In this document: one piece after another, positions 55,501 through 64,000 of the stretch
Numbering within the stretch: position 1 is the first letter of the stretch
Layout of the letters: every line of letters starts with the position of its first letter
Origin: Myxococcota bacterium
Lineage (GTDB): Bacteria > Myxococcota_A > UBA9160 > UBA6930
Assembly (NCBI GenBank): GCA_965223415.1
Contig: OZ245002.1
Coordinates: 4,736,001-4,800,000, forward strand
Length of the DNA stretch: 64,000 nucleotides
Direction: 5' to 3'
Position numbers and translations under genes: made by a program
The notes under the pieces: generated by a model
What the model was told of the DNA's origin: nothing
Seen by the model: the letters and a program-made list of their open reading frames with translations, nothing else
The model's database searches: none

Positions 55501-56903
55501 GATGGGCCTCCGCCTGCGGTGAGAATCGCGTCGCCAGCGTCCTCGATTCGCGCGAGGCCGCTGCGGCGCAGGGCATCCGGTCCGTCGAAGACGGAGAGAT
55601 CCAGCTCGACGGAAACGTCGTCCGGCGGCAGGGCGAGACCCGCCCGGGAGAGCCAGCGCCGGTCGCGCGCGTCGAGGGCCGCACGGGCCGTCGCCGGTGA
55701 TTCGCTGCCCCGGGCGTTCTTCACGGGCGCGTACTCCTCATCTCGCAGCGCCTCGACCAGGGTGCAGCCTCGGGCCATGCCAAGGGCATCGAACACGAAG
55801 CGCTCCAGCTTGACTCCCGGAAGGTCCGAGGCCCGCCCGTCGGGCCGGTCCGGGTCGAGCGCCCGGATCGGCTTGGGCGAGGCGTGGTAGGGAAGGGCGC
55901 GCTCCGCCTCGGCGGCGACCCGCTCCAGGAGGCCGAGACCGAGCGCGTGGACGTTGATCGAGCCGGCCCAGAGCCGCAGAGCCCCGGTCTCCGGATCGAC
56001 GGCCGACCGCTCGGGCTCCTCGAGCTCCGTGTACTCGACGACCCGGAGGCCCTCGCCGTCGCCCACCCAGGTACCGACCCGCTCCGCCGGCTCCCGCTTC
56101 GCAACGGCCTTCGAGGCGACCTCGCTGCCCCGCAGCACCGCGAAGCCGACCAGCACCGGGTCCGCCACCGGCAGCAGGGGATTGTCGACCTGGCAGTGAA
56201 AGAGGTGCTGTACCCCGCGGGCCCGCAGCTCGCCGAGCAGGCCGGCTCGGGCCAGGGCAGGCAGGGCGCCCCCGTGACCGTCCGGGGCCGTCGCGAGGCG
56301 GCCGGGCTCCGCCAGAAGCAGGCGGCCCTGGGCATCGAGACACGGGGTCTCGCCCTGGGGGAAGAAGCGGACGACCTCGGCGGGTAGACCGAAGTGGCCG
56401 TGAGCGGCGAAGAAGGCGGTGGTCATCGCGTGGTTGGCCGGACTCGTCATCACGAGCCAGAGGGGCGTCCGGCCGTAGTGCCGGGCGTGAGCACGCAGCT
56501 GCTGGGCCTGGAGCTCGAAGAGGCTGCGCTGGGAGACGGGGCCGATCGCGAAGGTGCCTTTGGGGCCTTCGTGCGCCAGGCGCGTCCCCTGGCCCCCAGC
56601 GACCAGCAGGACGGCGACCCGGCCGTCCCGGAGGGCAGCATCGCCCGCCTCGCGGGCCCGGGCGAAGGTGGCATCGTCGCCACCGCGGGTGGGGTGCCGC
56701 TCGACGCTCGGGACGCAGAGGCCGGCCGTCGCGCTTCCGCTGGCCGGCCGGCGGGCCGCGGCGAGCGCCGCCTCCACCGGAAGGGAGGCCAGCTGTCGGC
56801 ACAGGTCCCTGCGCTCTCGCTCGCCGAGCTCGTCCCAGTAGTCGAAGACGTGGGATTGCCCCAACGCCGAAAGGCGCTCTCGTTCGATTTCCTGGTCAGG
56901 CAC
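55497..56903 (-). CDS. Eukaryote-type UDP-sugar pyrophosphorylase (UDPGP/UAP family)
   Basis: [48 protein letters not shown]. Confidence 0.88.
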   Translation of the reverse strand: MPDQEIERERLSALGQSHVFDYWDELGERERRDLCRQLASLPVEAALAAARRPASGSATAGLCVPSVERHPTRGGDDATFARAREAGDAALRDGRVAVLLVAGGQGTRLAHEGPKGTFAIGPVSQRSLFELQAQQLRAHARHYGRTPLWLVMTSPANHAMTTAFFAAHGHFGLPAEVVRFFPQGETPCLDAQGRLLLAEPGRLATAPDGHGGALPALARAGLLGELRARGVQHLFHCQVDNPLLPVADPVLVGFAVLRGSEVASKAVAKREPAERVGTWVGDGEGLRVVEYTELEEPERSAVDPETGALRLWAGSINVHALGLGLLERVAAEAERALPYHASPKPIRALDPDRPDGRASDLPGVKLERFVFDALGMARGCTLVEALRDEEYAPVKNARGSESPATARAALDARDRRWLSRAGLALPPDDVSVELDLSVFDGPDALRRSGLARIEDAGDAILTAGGGPS

Positions 56904-57188
56904 TTGGGGCCCGTCTTCTGTCGCAGCATGCGCGAGCAGCGATCGATCTCCCGATCCGTCGGCTCGCCCCGAGGGAGGAGGCTCCGGGCGACAGGGGGCG
57001 GCTTGCCTATAGCGCAGCGGCTGCCGCTCGCCAAACGTGCGGAAGCCGTCTGCCCCCTCGGGAACAGAGGCCTGTGGCTCAACTCGCAAGCGGGCGACGC
57101 CGATAGCGGATTCCAGCGGGAGCGGAGGGCTTCCACTGGATTCGAACGGCGTCCCGCCGGGGTCGCCGTGCCACTGCAGGAAGGGAAC

Positions 57189-58748
57189 GTGGCACTCGCA
57201 TCGCTCTGGCGTAGAGGGGGGAGCGCAGGCGGAACCGTGGGTGTGGCCTGGGGCCACGGCCGCGTCGCCCTCGTTCACCTCGAAGGGGACGGAGCCGGGC
57301 GGCAGCTCGCCGCGTGCACCGTCCTCCCCGACGAGCCGGACGGTCTTCGCGCCTGGGTCAAGGAGCAGGGCCTGGCCGGCGCGCGCTGCGTCCTGGTTCC
57401 CCCGGACGAGGAGTGCGTCCTGCGGGTGCTCGAGGCCCCCGAGGTTCCGGAAGAGGAGCGCCGCGAATCGGCCCGCTGGCTCGTCCAGGACCTCCTGGAC
57501 TTCCCCGCCGAGGAGGCCTGGATCGACGTGCTCGACATCCCGGTGGACGCGGGCTGGACCCGCGCCCGGAAGGTCGTGGTGGTGGCGGGTCGCCCCGACG
57601 CCCTGGCGGACCGGGTCGAGCAGGTGCGCCAGGCCGGCCTCGCGCCCGTCGGCTTCGACGTTCGCGAGCGGGCCCTGCTGGCCCTGGCCGATCCCGGCCG
57701 GGAGCAGGCGGGAGCCGCGGTGATCGACCTCCAGCCCAAGGCGGGGCTGCTCGTGGTCGGCGAGCGGGGCGAGCTGCACGTGACGAGGCCCCTCGGCATC
57801 GACGCCGACAGCGTCGGCAGCGAAGGCGCCGCCGAGTGGAACGAGCGCGGCGATCCGGAGGCGCCGGCGGACGCCGTGGCGCCCGCCTTCGAGAGCCTGC
57901 TGCTCGAGCTGCAGCGCTCGCTCGACTACGTGGAGAGCGAGTTCGGCCGCGGTCCGATCCGCCGCGTGGTGATCGCTCCCTCCGAGGCCGAGCTCTCCGC
58001 CCTGGGGCCCTACCTCGAGCAGCACCTTCGGGTGCAGGTGGAGTTCCTTGACCTGGCTCGCTGCTTCCCGGGCGAGGCGTCTCCCCCCACGGCGCTCCAG
58101 GCCACCTGCCTGGCGGCCGCCGGCGGCGCGGCGGGCAGGGGCTCGCTCTTCACCCATGAGCTCCAGCCCAAGGCGCGCAGCCGGAGCGGCCGTCTCGACG
58201 CCCAGGCCGTGGCCCGCCTGTGCGCGATCGTGGCCGTGTTCGGCGTCGCCCAGTTCGGCTTCGATCAGCTCCAGGCCCGCCGACTGCGTCTCGACCTGGA
58301 GGCGCTCGAGCACTCCGCCGAAGCCACCCGCGCGCGGCTCGGCGAGCTGGCCACGGCGGAGGCGCTGACGGCGGAGGACCCGATCCAGAAGGCCCGGGTG
58401 GCTGCGCTCGAGAGGAAGCGGCGCGCCCAGGCCGGCCTTCTCCAGCACCTGGCCGGCGACGCGGGGCCGGGCCGCTCCTTCGCCGGCGTGTTGACCGCGC
58501 TCGCCCGTGAGCCCGTCGGCGAGCTCTGGCTCACGGGCATCCACCTCCGCGAGGGGGGTCGCGCCGTCAGCCTTCGCGGGATGGCGATGCGAGGCGAGCG
58601 GGTCCCGGTGCTGATCGATCGGCTGGAGGCCGAGGCCACCTTCGACGGTGTCCGCTTCGAGGGCGTCGCCTTGAGACGCGGCGAGGAGCCGGTGGATCCG
58701 CTTCGCTTCGAGCTGCAGGGCGCGACGTCCGGGGAGGCCCAGCCGTGA
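57189..58748 (+). CDS. mshI: MSHA biogenesis protein MshI-like (PilM-like + PilN-like fusion)
   Basis: LEAPEVPEEE..RW, LLLELQRSLDYVE, LWLTGIHL; first gene of cluster. Confidence 0.78.
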   Translation: MALASLWRRGGSAGGTVGVAWGHGRVALVHLEGDGAGRQLAACTVLPDEPDGLRAWVKEQGLAGARCVLVPPDEECVLRVLEAPEVPEEERRESARWLVQDLLDFPAEEAWIDVLDIPVDAGWTRARKVVVVAGRPDALADRVEQVRQAGLAPVGFDVRERALLALADPGREQAGAAVIDLQPKAGLLVVGERGELHVTRPLGIDADSVGSEGAAEWNERGDPEAPADAVAPAFESLLLELQRSLDYVESEFGRGPIRRVVIAPSEAELSALGPYLEQHLRVQVEFLDLARCFPGEASPPTALQATCLAAAGGAAGRGSLFTHELQPKARSRSGRLDAQAVARLCAIVAVFGVAQFGFDQLQARRLRLDLEALEHSAEATRARLGELATAEALTAEDPIQKARVAALERKRRAQAGLLQHLAGDAGPGRSFAGVLTALAREPVGELWLTGIHLREGGRAVSLRGMAMRGERVPVLIDRLEAEATFDGVRFEGVALRRGEEPVDPLRFELQGATSGEAQP

Positions 58749-59413
58749 ATCCCCGGGAGCTCCGCGACCGCGCCCTCGAACGCTTCGACGCGCTCTCCGG
58801 GCGCGAACGCTGGCTCGTGGCCGTGGCCTGCGTCGCGGCCGTGTACTGGGTGCTCTCCTTCGCCCTGATCGACCCGCTGATCCGGGAGCGCGACGACCTG
58901 GTCGCACGGCTCGAGGTGGCCGCGGACCAGCTCGGCCTGCTGGAGGGCGAGGCCGCCGCCCTCACCACCCGCCTGCGGACCGGCCCCTCCTCCCGGTTGG
59001 CGCGGCGCGAGCGCGAGCTCGAGGATGCCCTCGCTTCCCTCGAGACCCGGCTCTCGGCCCATCGGACCCAGCTCGTCTCGCCTGGCGAGGCCACCCGGGT
59101 GGTGAAGGAGCTGGTCGCCGCCGAGCGGGAGCTCCGCCTGGTGCGCCTCGAAACCGCCGCGCCGGAGCCCCTGGGCGTGTCGGAGGCCCCGCCCGGGCAG
59201 ACGGCGGACGAGCCGGCGCTGTTCCGGCACGACATCGAGCTCGAAACCGAAGGCAGCTACTTCGCCGCCCTCCGCTACCTCGAAGCCCTCGAGGCCGGCG
59301 GCAGCGGGCTCCAGCTCGATCGTCTCGACTACGAGGTGACCGAGTACCCCCGGGCGCGCATGGTGCTCCGCCTGTTCACCCTGAGCTTCGAGGAGGCGTT
59401 CCTGGGTGTGTGA
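58745..59413 (+). CDS. mshJ: MSHA biogenesis protein MshJ-like
   Basis: FDALSGRER + TM; LFRHDIEL..EGSYF, YEVTEYP, TLSFEEAFLGV. Confidence 0.8.
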   Translation: MNPRELRDRALERFDALSGRERWLVAVACVAAVYWVLSFALIDPLIRERDDLVARLEVAADQLGLLEGEAAALTTRLRTGPSSRLARRERELEDALASLETRLSAHRTQLVSPGEATRVVKELVAAERELRLVRLETAAPEPLGVSEAPPGQTADEPALFRHDIELETEGSYFAALRYLEALEAGGSGLQLDRLDYEVTEYPRARMVLRLFTLSFEEAFLGV

Positions 59414-59798
59414 GAACAGCCGACGGCGACGCGTCGTGAGGGGCCGCCTCGGCCTGCCGGCGATGCTGCTCGCCCTCGCAACGGCTCCCGTGATGAGCGA
59501 GGAGCTGCTCGACCCCACCCGGCCGCCGGCGACCCTCGCGGCCGCCGGGCCGGGCCGAGGCGTCTCTTCGGAGCCCCGGGTCACCTCGATCGTGAGCCGC
59601 GGCGGTTCGCGCGTGGCCGTCGTCGAAGGCCACGTCCTGCGGGTCGGCGATCGCCTCGGTGCCCATCGGGTCGTCGCGATCGAAGCCTCCTCGGTCCGCG
59701 TCACCGGTCCGGCGAGCGCCTCCGCGACCGTCTGGTCCCTCTACCGCACTCCCGTCGTCAAGCAGGCCGCGACGGATCGCGAGGACAGCGCACGATGA
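59406..59798 (+). CDS. mshK: MSHA biogenesis protein MshK-like
   Basis: LLDPTRP motif; AVVEG..LRVGD. Confidence 0.75.
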   Translation: MCENSRRRRVVRGRLGLPAMLLALATAPVMSEELLDPTRPPATLAAAGPGRGVSSEPRVTSIVSRGGSRVAVVEGHVLRVGDRLGAHRVVAIEASSVRVTGPASASATVWSLYRTPVVKQAATDREDSAR

Positions 59799-61471
59799 AG
59801 CCCCGATCCCTCGCGACGGCGCTCGCCCTCACGCTCGCCTGCGCCACGCCGCCGCCGCCGGCACCGACCGCCCGGCCCGACGCCGCTCGCGGACGGCTCG
59901 CCGAGCGCCTGCCCCCGGACGTCCAGGACGCCCTCCTGCCGGACCTGGCCGACGAGGCGGCGGCGCCGGCCCCCGAGGCGCGCTTCGACGTCAGCGTCGT
60001 CGACGCCCCGGCGAACGAGTTCTTCGCTTCCCTGGTCGAGGGCACACCGTTCAACATGGTCGTGGATCCCGGTGTGGCCGGGCGCATCTCGCTCTCCTTG
60101 AAGAGCGTCACCCTGCGCGAGGTTCTCGAGGCGACGCGGGACGCCTACGGCTTCCCCTACCGCACGACGCCCTACGGCTTCCATGTCCTGCCGGGCGGCC
60201 TGCAGAGCCGCGTGTTCCGCGTCGACTACCTGAACATCGAGCGCTTCGGCACCTCGCTCACCCGCGTGAGCTCGGGGCAGGTGAGCGAGACCGCGGGAGC
60301 CGACAGCGCGAACACCGACGCCGCGACCTCCGGCGACGGCGTCGTCTCCGGCAGCCGCCTCGACACGCGCACCCGCGCCGACGTCTGGACCGAGCTGGTG
60401 GAGGCGCTGGAGATGCTGCTCGGCGAGCGGGAAGGGCGCTCCGTCGTCCCGTCCCCCCACGCCGGCGTCGTGGTCGTGCGGGCGAGCCCTGCCGAGCTGC
60501 GTGAGGTCGAGTCCTTCCTCGAGACGATCGAGCGAAGTCTGCACCGACAGGTGATCCTCGAGGCCAAGATCCTGGAGGTCGAGCTCGCCGACGAGTACCG
60601 GGCCGGCGTGAACTGGGCCCAGCTCGTCACCCACGACGACGCCCGCTACGTCTTCGGACAGGGCGGCCTCGGCCCGCTGCCCGACGCGAGCGTCTCGGAC
60701 ATCGCCGGCGGCTCCGGCGTGCTGAACCCGGACCTCGACCTGCCGATCGAAGGCATCCTCGGCAATCCCGACTTCGGCGGCGCCTTCAGCATCGCCGTCG
60801 CGGCGAATCACTTCCTCGCCTTCATCCAGCTTCTCGAGACCCAGGGCCGGGTCCACATCCTGTCGAGCCCGCGCATCTCGACCGTGAACAACCAGAAAGC
60901 CGTGATCAAGGTCGGCAACGACGAGTTCTTCGTCACCGACGTGTCGAGCACGACGGTGACGGGCACGGCGACGACGACGACGCCGGACATCGAGCTCACG
61001 CCCTTCTTCTCCGGGATCGCCCTCGACGTAACGCCCCAGATCGCCGAGGACGGGGGCGTGATCCTCCACATCCACCCGTCCGTCAGCCAGGTGGTCGACC
61101 AGACGAAGACGGTGACGGTCGGAGGGGAGATCCAGTCCCTCCCGCTCGCCTTCAGCACGATCCGCGAATCGGACACGGTGGTGCGCGCGCAGAGCGGGCA
61201 GCTGGTGGTGATCGGCGGACTGATGGAGGACATCGAGACCGACGACACGGCGGGCCTGCCGATCGCGTCGCGGGTCCCGCTGCTGGGCCGGGCCTTCCGC
61301 CAAGAGGCGGACAGTCGTCGCAAGGTGGAGCTCGTGATCCTCCTGCGGCCGACGGTCGTCGAGCACGGCACCTGGGCGAGCACCCTCGACGCGACCCGAG
61401 AGCGCCTCGGTCGGATGGGCGACAACGCCGATCGGCTGCTGCCGGCGGAAGGCTACCTGCGCGCCCCCTAG
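59795..61471 (+). CDS. mshL: MSHA-type secretin MshL
   Basis: Lipoprotein signal; RQVILEAKILEV, LSSPRISTVNNQKAVIKVG, TPFFSGIALDVTPQI, VELVILLRP. Confidence 0.92.
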   Translation: MKPRSLATALALTLACATPPPPAPTARPDAARGRLAERLPPDVQDALLPDLADEAAAPAPEARFDVSVVDAPANEFFASLVEGTPFNMVVDPGVAGRISLSLKSVTLREVLEATRDAYGFPYRTTPYGFHVLPGGLQSRVFRVDYLNIERFGTSLTRVSSGQVSETAGADSANTDAATSGDGVVSGSRLDTRTRADVWTELVEALEMLLGEREGRSVVPSPHAGVVVVRASPAELREVESFLETIERSLHRQVILEAKILEVELADEYRAGVNWAQLVTHDDARYVFGQGGLGPLPDASVSDIAGGSGVLNPDLDLPIEGILGNPDFGGAFSIAVAANHFLAFIQLLETQGRVHILSSPRISTVNNQKAVIKVGNDEFFVTDVSSTTVTGTATTTTPDIELTPFFSGIALDVTPQIAEDGGVILHIHPSVSQVVDQTKTVTVGGEIQSLPLAFSTIRESDTVVRAQSGQLVVIGGLMEDIETDDTAGLPIASRVPLLGRAFRQEADSRRKVELVILLRPTVVEHGTWASTLDATRERLGRMGDNADRLLPAEGYLRAP

Positions 61472-61480
61472 GAGCCCGGC

Positions 61481-62347
61481 TTGTACCTCGACCACTTCCA
61501 GCTCGCGAGCGCGCCCTTCGGGCTCACCCCGGACCCGGCCTTCCTGGTGGAGCTTCCCAGCCACGAAGAGGCGATGAACGTCGTGCGCTTTGCGGTCGGC
61601 AGCGGCGAGGGCTTCGTCAAGATCACCGGAGAGGTGGGCACGGGAAAGACCCTGCTATGTCGACGACTGCTGGCCGAGCTGCCTGCTTCCTTCCTGACGG
61701 CCTACCTGCCGGACCCGATGCTCTCGCCCCTGGCGGTTCGCAAGGCCGTCGCCCAGGAGCTGGGGATCCCCTTTCCCCGAGGCCTCGAGGCCCACGAGCT
61801 CCTCCAGTACATCCGCGCGTCCCTGATCGAGATCCACGAGGACGGGCGCAGCGCACTGCTCGTCGTCGACGAGGCCCAGACCCTCACCGACGAGGGCCTC
61901 GAATCGATCCGGCTGCTCACGAACCTCGAGACCCGACGCCGCAAGCTCCTCCAGGTGCTCCTCGTGGGGCAGCCGGAGCTGGACCACCGGCTCCGCGCTC
62001 CCGGGCTCCGACAGCTCGCCCAGCGCATCACCTTCTCCCACGTGCTGGAGCGCATGGACCGCGCCGAGCTCGGCGCCTACCTGGAGCAGCGGTTGGCGGC
62101 GGCGGGACGCCGCGGGCCGGGGCTCTTCAGCGCCCCGGCCGTGGCCGTGATCCAGCGCGCCAGCGCCGGGATTCCGCGGCTGGTGAACGTGCTCGCCCAC
62201 AAGGCGATGATGGCGGCCTACGGGCGCGGGGACGCGCGGGTGGGGCTGCGCAGCGCGCGACGGGCGGTGGCCGATTCGCCGCGACCGAGCCTCTCTCCGC
62301 ACCACGGGCGCACGCCCGGAGACCTCTGGCGGGGAGCGCGCCGATGA
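61481..62347 (+). CDS. mshM: ExeA-family AAA ATPase MshM
   Basis: MYLDHF..PFGLTPD, GEVGTGKTLLCR, VDEAQ, LRQLAQRI, GIPRLVNVLAHK. Confidence 0.88.
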   Translation: MYLDHFQLASAPFGLTPDPAFLVELPSHEEAMNVVRFAVGSGEGFVKITGEVGTGKTLLCRRLLAELPASFLTAYLPDPMLSPLAVRKAVAQELGIPFPRGLEAHELLQYIRASLIEIHEDGRSALLVVDEAQTLTDEGLESIRLLTNLETRRRKLLQVLLVGQPELDHRLRAPGLRQLAQRITFSHVLERMDRAELGAYLEQRLAAAGRRGPGLFSAPAVAVIQRASAGIPRLVNVLAHKAMMAAYGRGDARVGLRSARRAVADSPRPSLSPHHGRTPGDLWRGARR

Positions 62348-63471
62348 GCCTCGTGAACGACATGCTCGAGGATCTGGACCGGCGCACGCGCGATGGCGAG
62401 CGGGCACGCTCGACGGGCCTGCGGGCCGTGCAGGCCCGGCGCCGCAGCCGGCGCCTGGCGTGGACCTGCTTGGGCCTCGCGACCCTGGCCGCCTGCGGAA
62501 TCGCCGCCGTGGCGTGGATCGCGGGCCGGCCGAGCGCAGAGACGGCCCCGGCGCGATCCGCATCGCTCCCCTCGGCTGCGATCCAGCCGCTGCCGGCCGT
62601 TGCCTCCGCGCCTCCGGCGCCGCCCATGCCGTCGCTGGCCTCCCCGGAGCCCACAACGACGCGGGCAGCTCCGACCTTGCTTGCGCCCGGGGCGGCCGAA
62701 GCGCCTCCCACGTCGCCGGCGCCGCCGATCGCGGCGCAGGGAGACCCGGCGTCCGAGAGCCCGGTCGCGATCGAGGAACCGCCCACGGGCGGAGAGCCGT
62801 TCGCGAACGCCGCGCCTCCGCCGTCCCAGTCGATCGCGCGAGGCGGGCAGGTCGCCGCCCGGGGCGAGCCGATCGCGCCAAAGCGGCTGGCGGACGAGCT
62901 CGTGCACGAAGGAGCCCAGCTCATCGCCGGCGGTCGGCTCGACGCGGGCCTCGATGCGTGGCGGCGCGCGCTCGAGCTCGACCCGACACGGGCCGAGGTG
63001 GCAGCCCGGGCTGCGCGGCGGCTCCTGGCTGCGCAACGTCCAGCCGAGGCGCGAGTGTGGATCGACCGCAGTCGCGCCACGCGGCCGGACGATCCGGTCC
63101 TGCGCGAGCTCGACGCCCGGGCCTGGCTCGCCGTCGCCGGCCCCGAGGCGGCCCTGCGCTCGCTCGAGCCCACGCTCCCTCCCTTCGAGGCGGCGCCGGG
63201 GCTCCATGCCCTGCGCGCGGCGCTGCTGCAAAGGGAAGGGCGCCACGCGGAGGCGCTGGAGGCGTACCGGGCGTTGGTCACCCGTGCGCCGGGAGAGGGC
63301 CGCGCCTGGTTCGGACTCGCCGTCTCCGCCCACGTGCTCGGACGCGAGGCCGAGGCACGGATCGCCTACCACCACGCCCTCGGCGATCCGTCGCTGCCCG
63401 GTGCCCTCGCGCGCCACGCCAGGAGACGCCTGGCGCGAGGGGCCGCACGGCCCGGGGAGGACCCGTCGTGA
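62344..63471 (+). CDS. mshN: MshN-like TPR protein
   Basis: MSLVNDMLEDLDRR N-terminus, TM, Pro-rich linker, C-terminal TPRs. Confidence 0.78.
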   Translation: MSLVNDMLEDLDRRTRDGERARSTGLRAVQARRRSRRLAWTCLGLATLAACGIAAVAWIAGRPSAETAPARSASLPSAAIQPLPAVASAPPAPPMPSLASPEPTTTRAAPTLLAPGAAEAPPTSPAPPIAAQGDPASESPVAIEEPPTGGEPFANAAPPPSQSIARGGQVAARGEPIAPKRLADELVHEGAQLIAGGRLDAGLDAWRRALELDPTRAEVAARAARRLLAAQRPAEARVWIDRSRATRPDDPVLRELDARAWLAVAGPEAALRSLEPTLPPFEAAPGLHALRAALLQREGRHAEALEAYRALVTRAPGEGRAWFGLAVSAHVLGREAEARIAYHHALGDPSLPGALARHARRRLARGAARPGEDPS

Positions 63472-64000
63472 GTGCCTCTGCGGGCCGGAAGAAGATCCGC
63501 ATCGGCGAGCTGCTGGTGCAGAACGGCCTCATCAGCGAAGACCAGCTCACCACCGCCCTCGTCGAGCAGAAGAAGGCCGGACGGCGCCTCGGCCAGACCC
63601 TCGTCCAGCTGGGCTTCGTGACCGAGGACGCGATGCTGGAGCTCCTGTCCCGTCAGCTGGCGATCCCGTTCGTCGACCTGCGTCACTACGAGTTCGACCC
63701 CCAGGTCGTGGGCCACCTGCAGGAGACTCACGCCCGCCGCTTCCGCGCGATCGTCCTCGAGGACTCCGGGGACGACTTCGCGGTCGGAATGGCCGACCCG
63801 ACGGACCTCTTCGGCCTGGACGAGCTGGGACGCATCCTGCGGCGCCCGATCCGCCAGGCCATCGTGCGGGAAGCCGACCTGCTCCAGACCATCGATCGCG
63901 TCTACCAGGACAAGGACGAGCTCACGGACCTCGCCGCCGAGCTCGGCGAGGAGCTCGCCGCCAACGACGCGGACTTCGACGTCCGCAACCTGCCGATCGG
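63468..64000 (+). CDS. mshE: MshE/GspE/PilB-type ATPase, N-terminal part (truncated by window edge)
   Basis: My translation: RIGELLVQNGLISEDQLTTALVEQ..RLGQTLVQLGFVTE (MshEN motif); not in ORF track. Confidence 0.88.
   Translation, partial: MSASAGRKKIRIGELLVQNGLISEDQLTTALVEQKKAGRRLGQTLVQLGFVTEDAMLELLSRQLAIPFVDLRHYEFDPQVVGHLQETHARRFRAIVLEDSGDDFAVGMADPTDLFGLDELGRILRRPIRQAIVREADLLQTIDRVYQDKDELTDLAAELGEELAANDADFDVRNLPI

Overview
High-GC bacterial chromosomal window. The gene order (lapAB-mutS-amidase-glnD-xerD-tRNA nucleotidyltransferase-scpAB-rluB) and content suggest Myxococcota/delta-proteobacterial affinity; this is an inference. Core-looking blocks lie at 1-25.3 kb and 42.4-64 kb (queA/tgt, lytic transglycosylase, MCP, REC-PilZ, a histone-like FYDLN protein, and the start of an MSHA-type pilus operon). 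They flank a ~17 kb decaying accessory island bounded by two convergent tRNAs: tRNA-Arg(CCT) at 25333-25409 (+) and initiator tRNA-Met at 42310-42386 (-). The island holds (i) an integrase-free mini-islet with a TIR/SEFIR gene, closed by a degenerate copy of the tRNA-Arg 3' end, (ii) five IS copies nested or stacked with readable target duplications, (iii) an 898-aa secreted beta-helix gene bracketed by two 72-bp hairpin direct repeats, and (iv) a serine-recombinase remnant running into tRNA-Met. Outside the island there are long REP-like palindromes and a candidate leader-peptide/anti-SD attenuator upstream of an uncharacterised gene. All calls come from reading motifs by eye; no searches were run.
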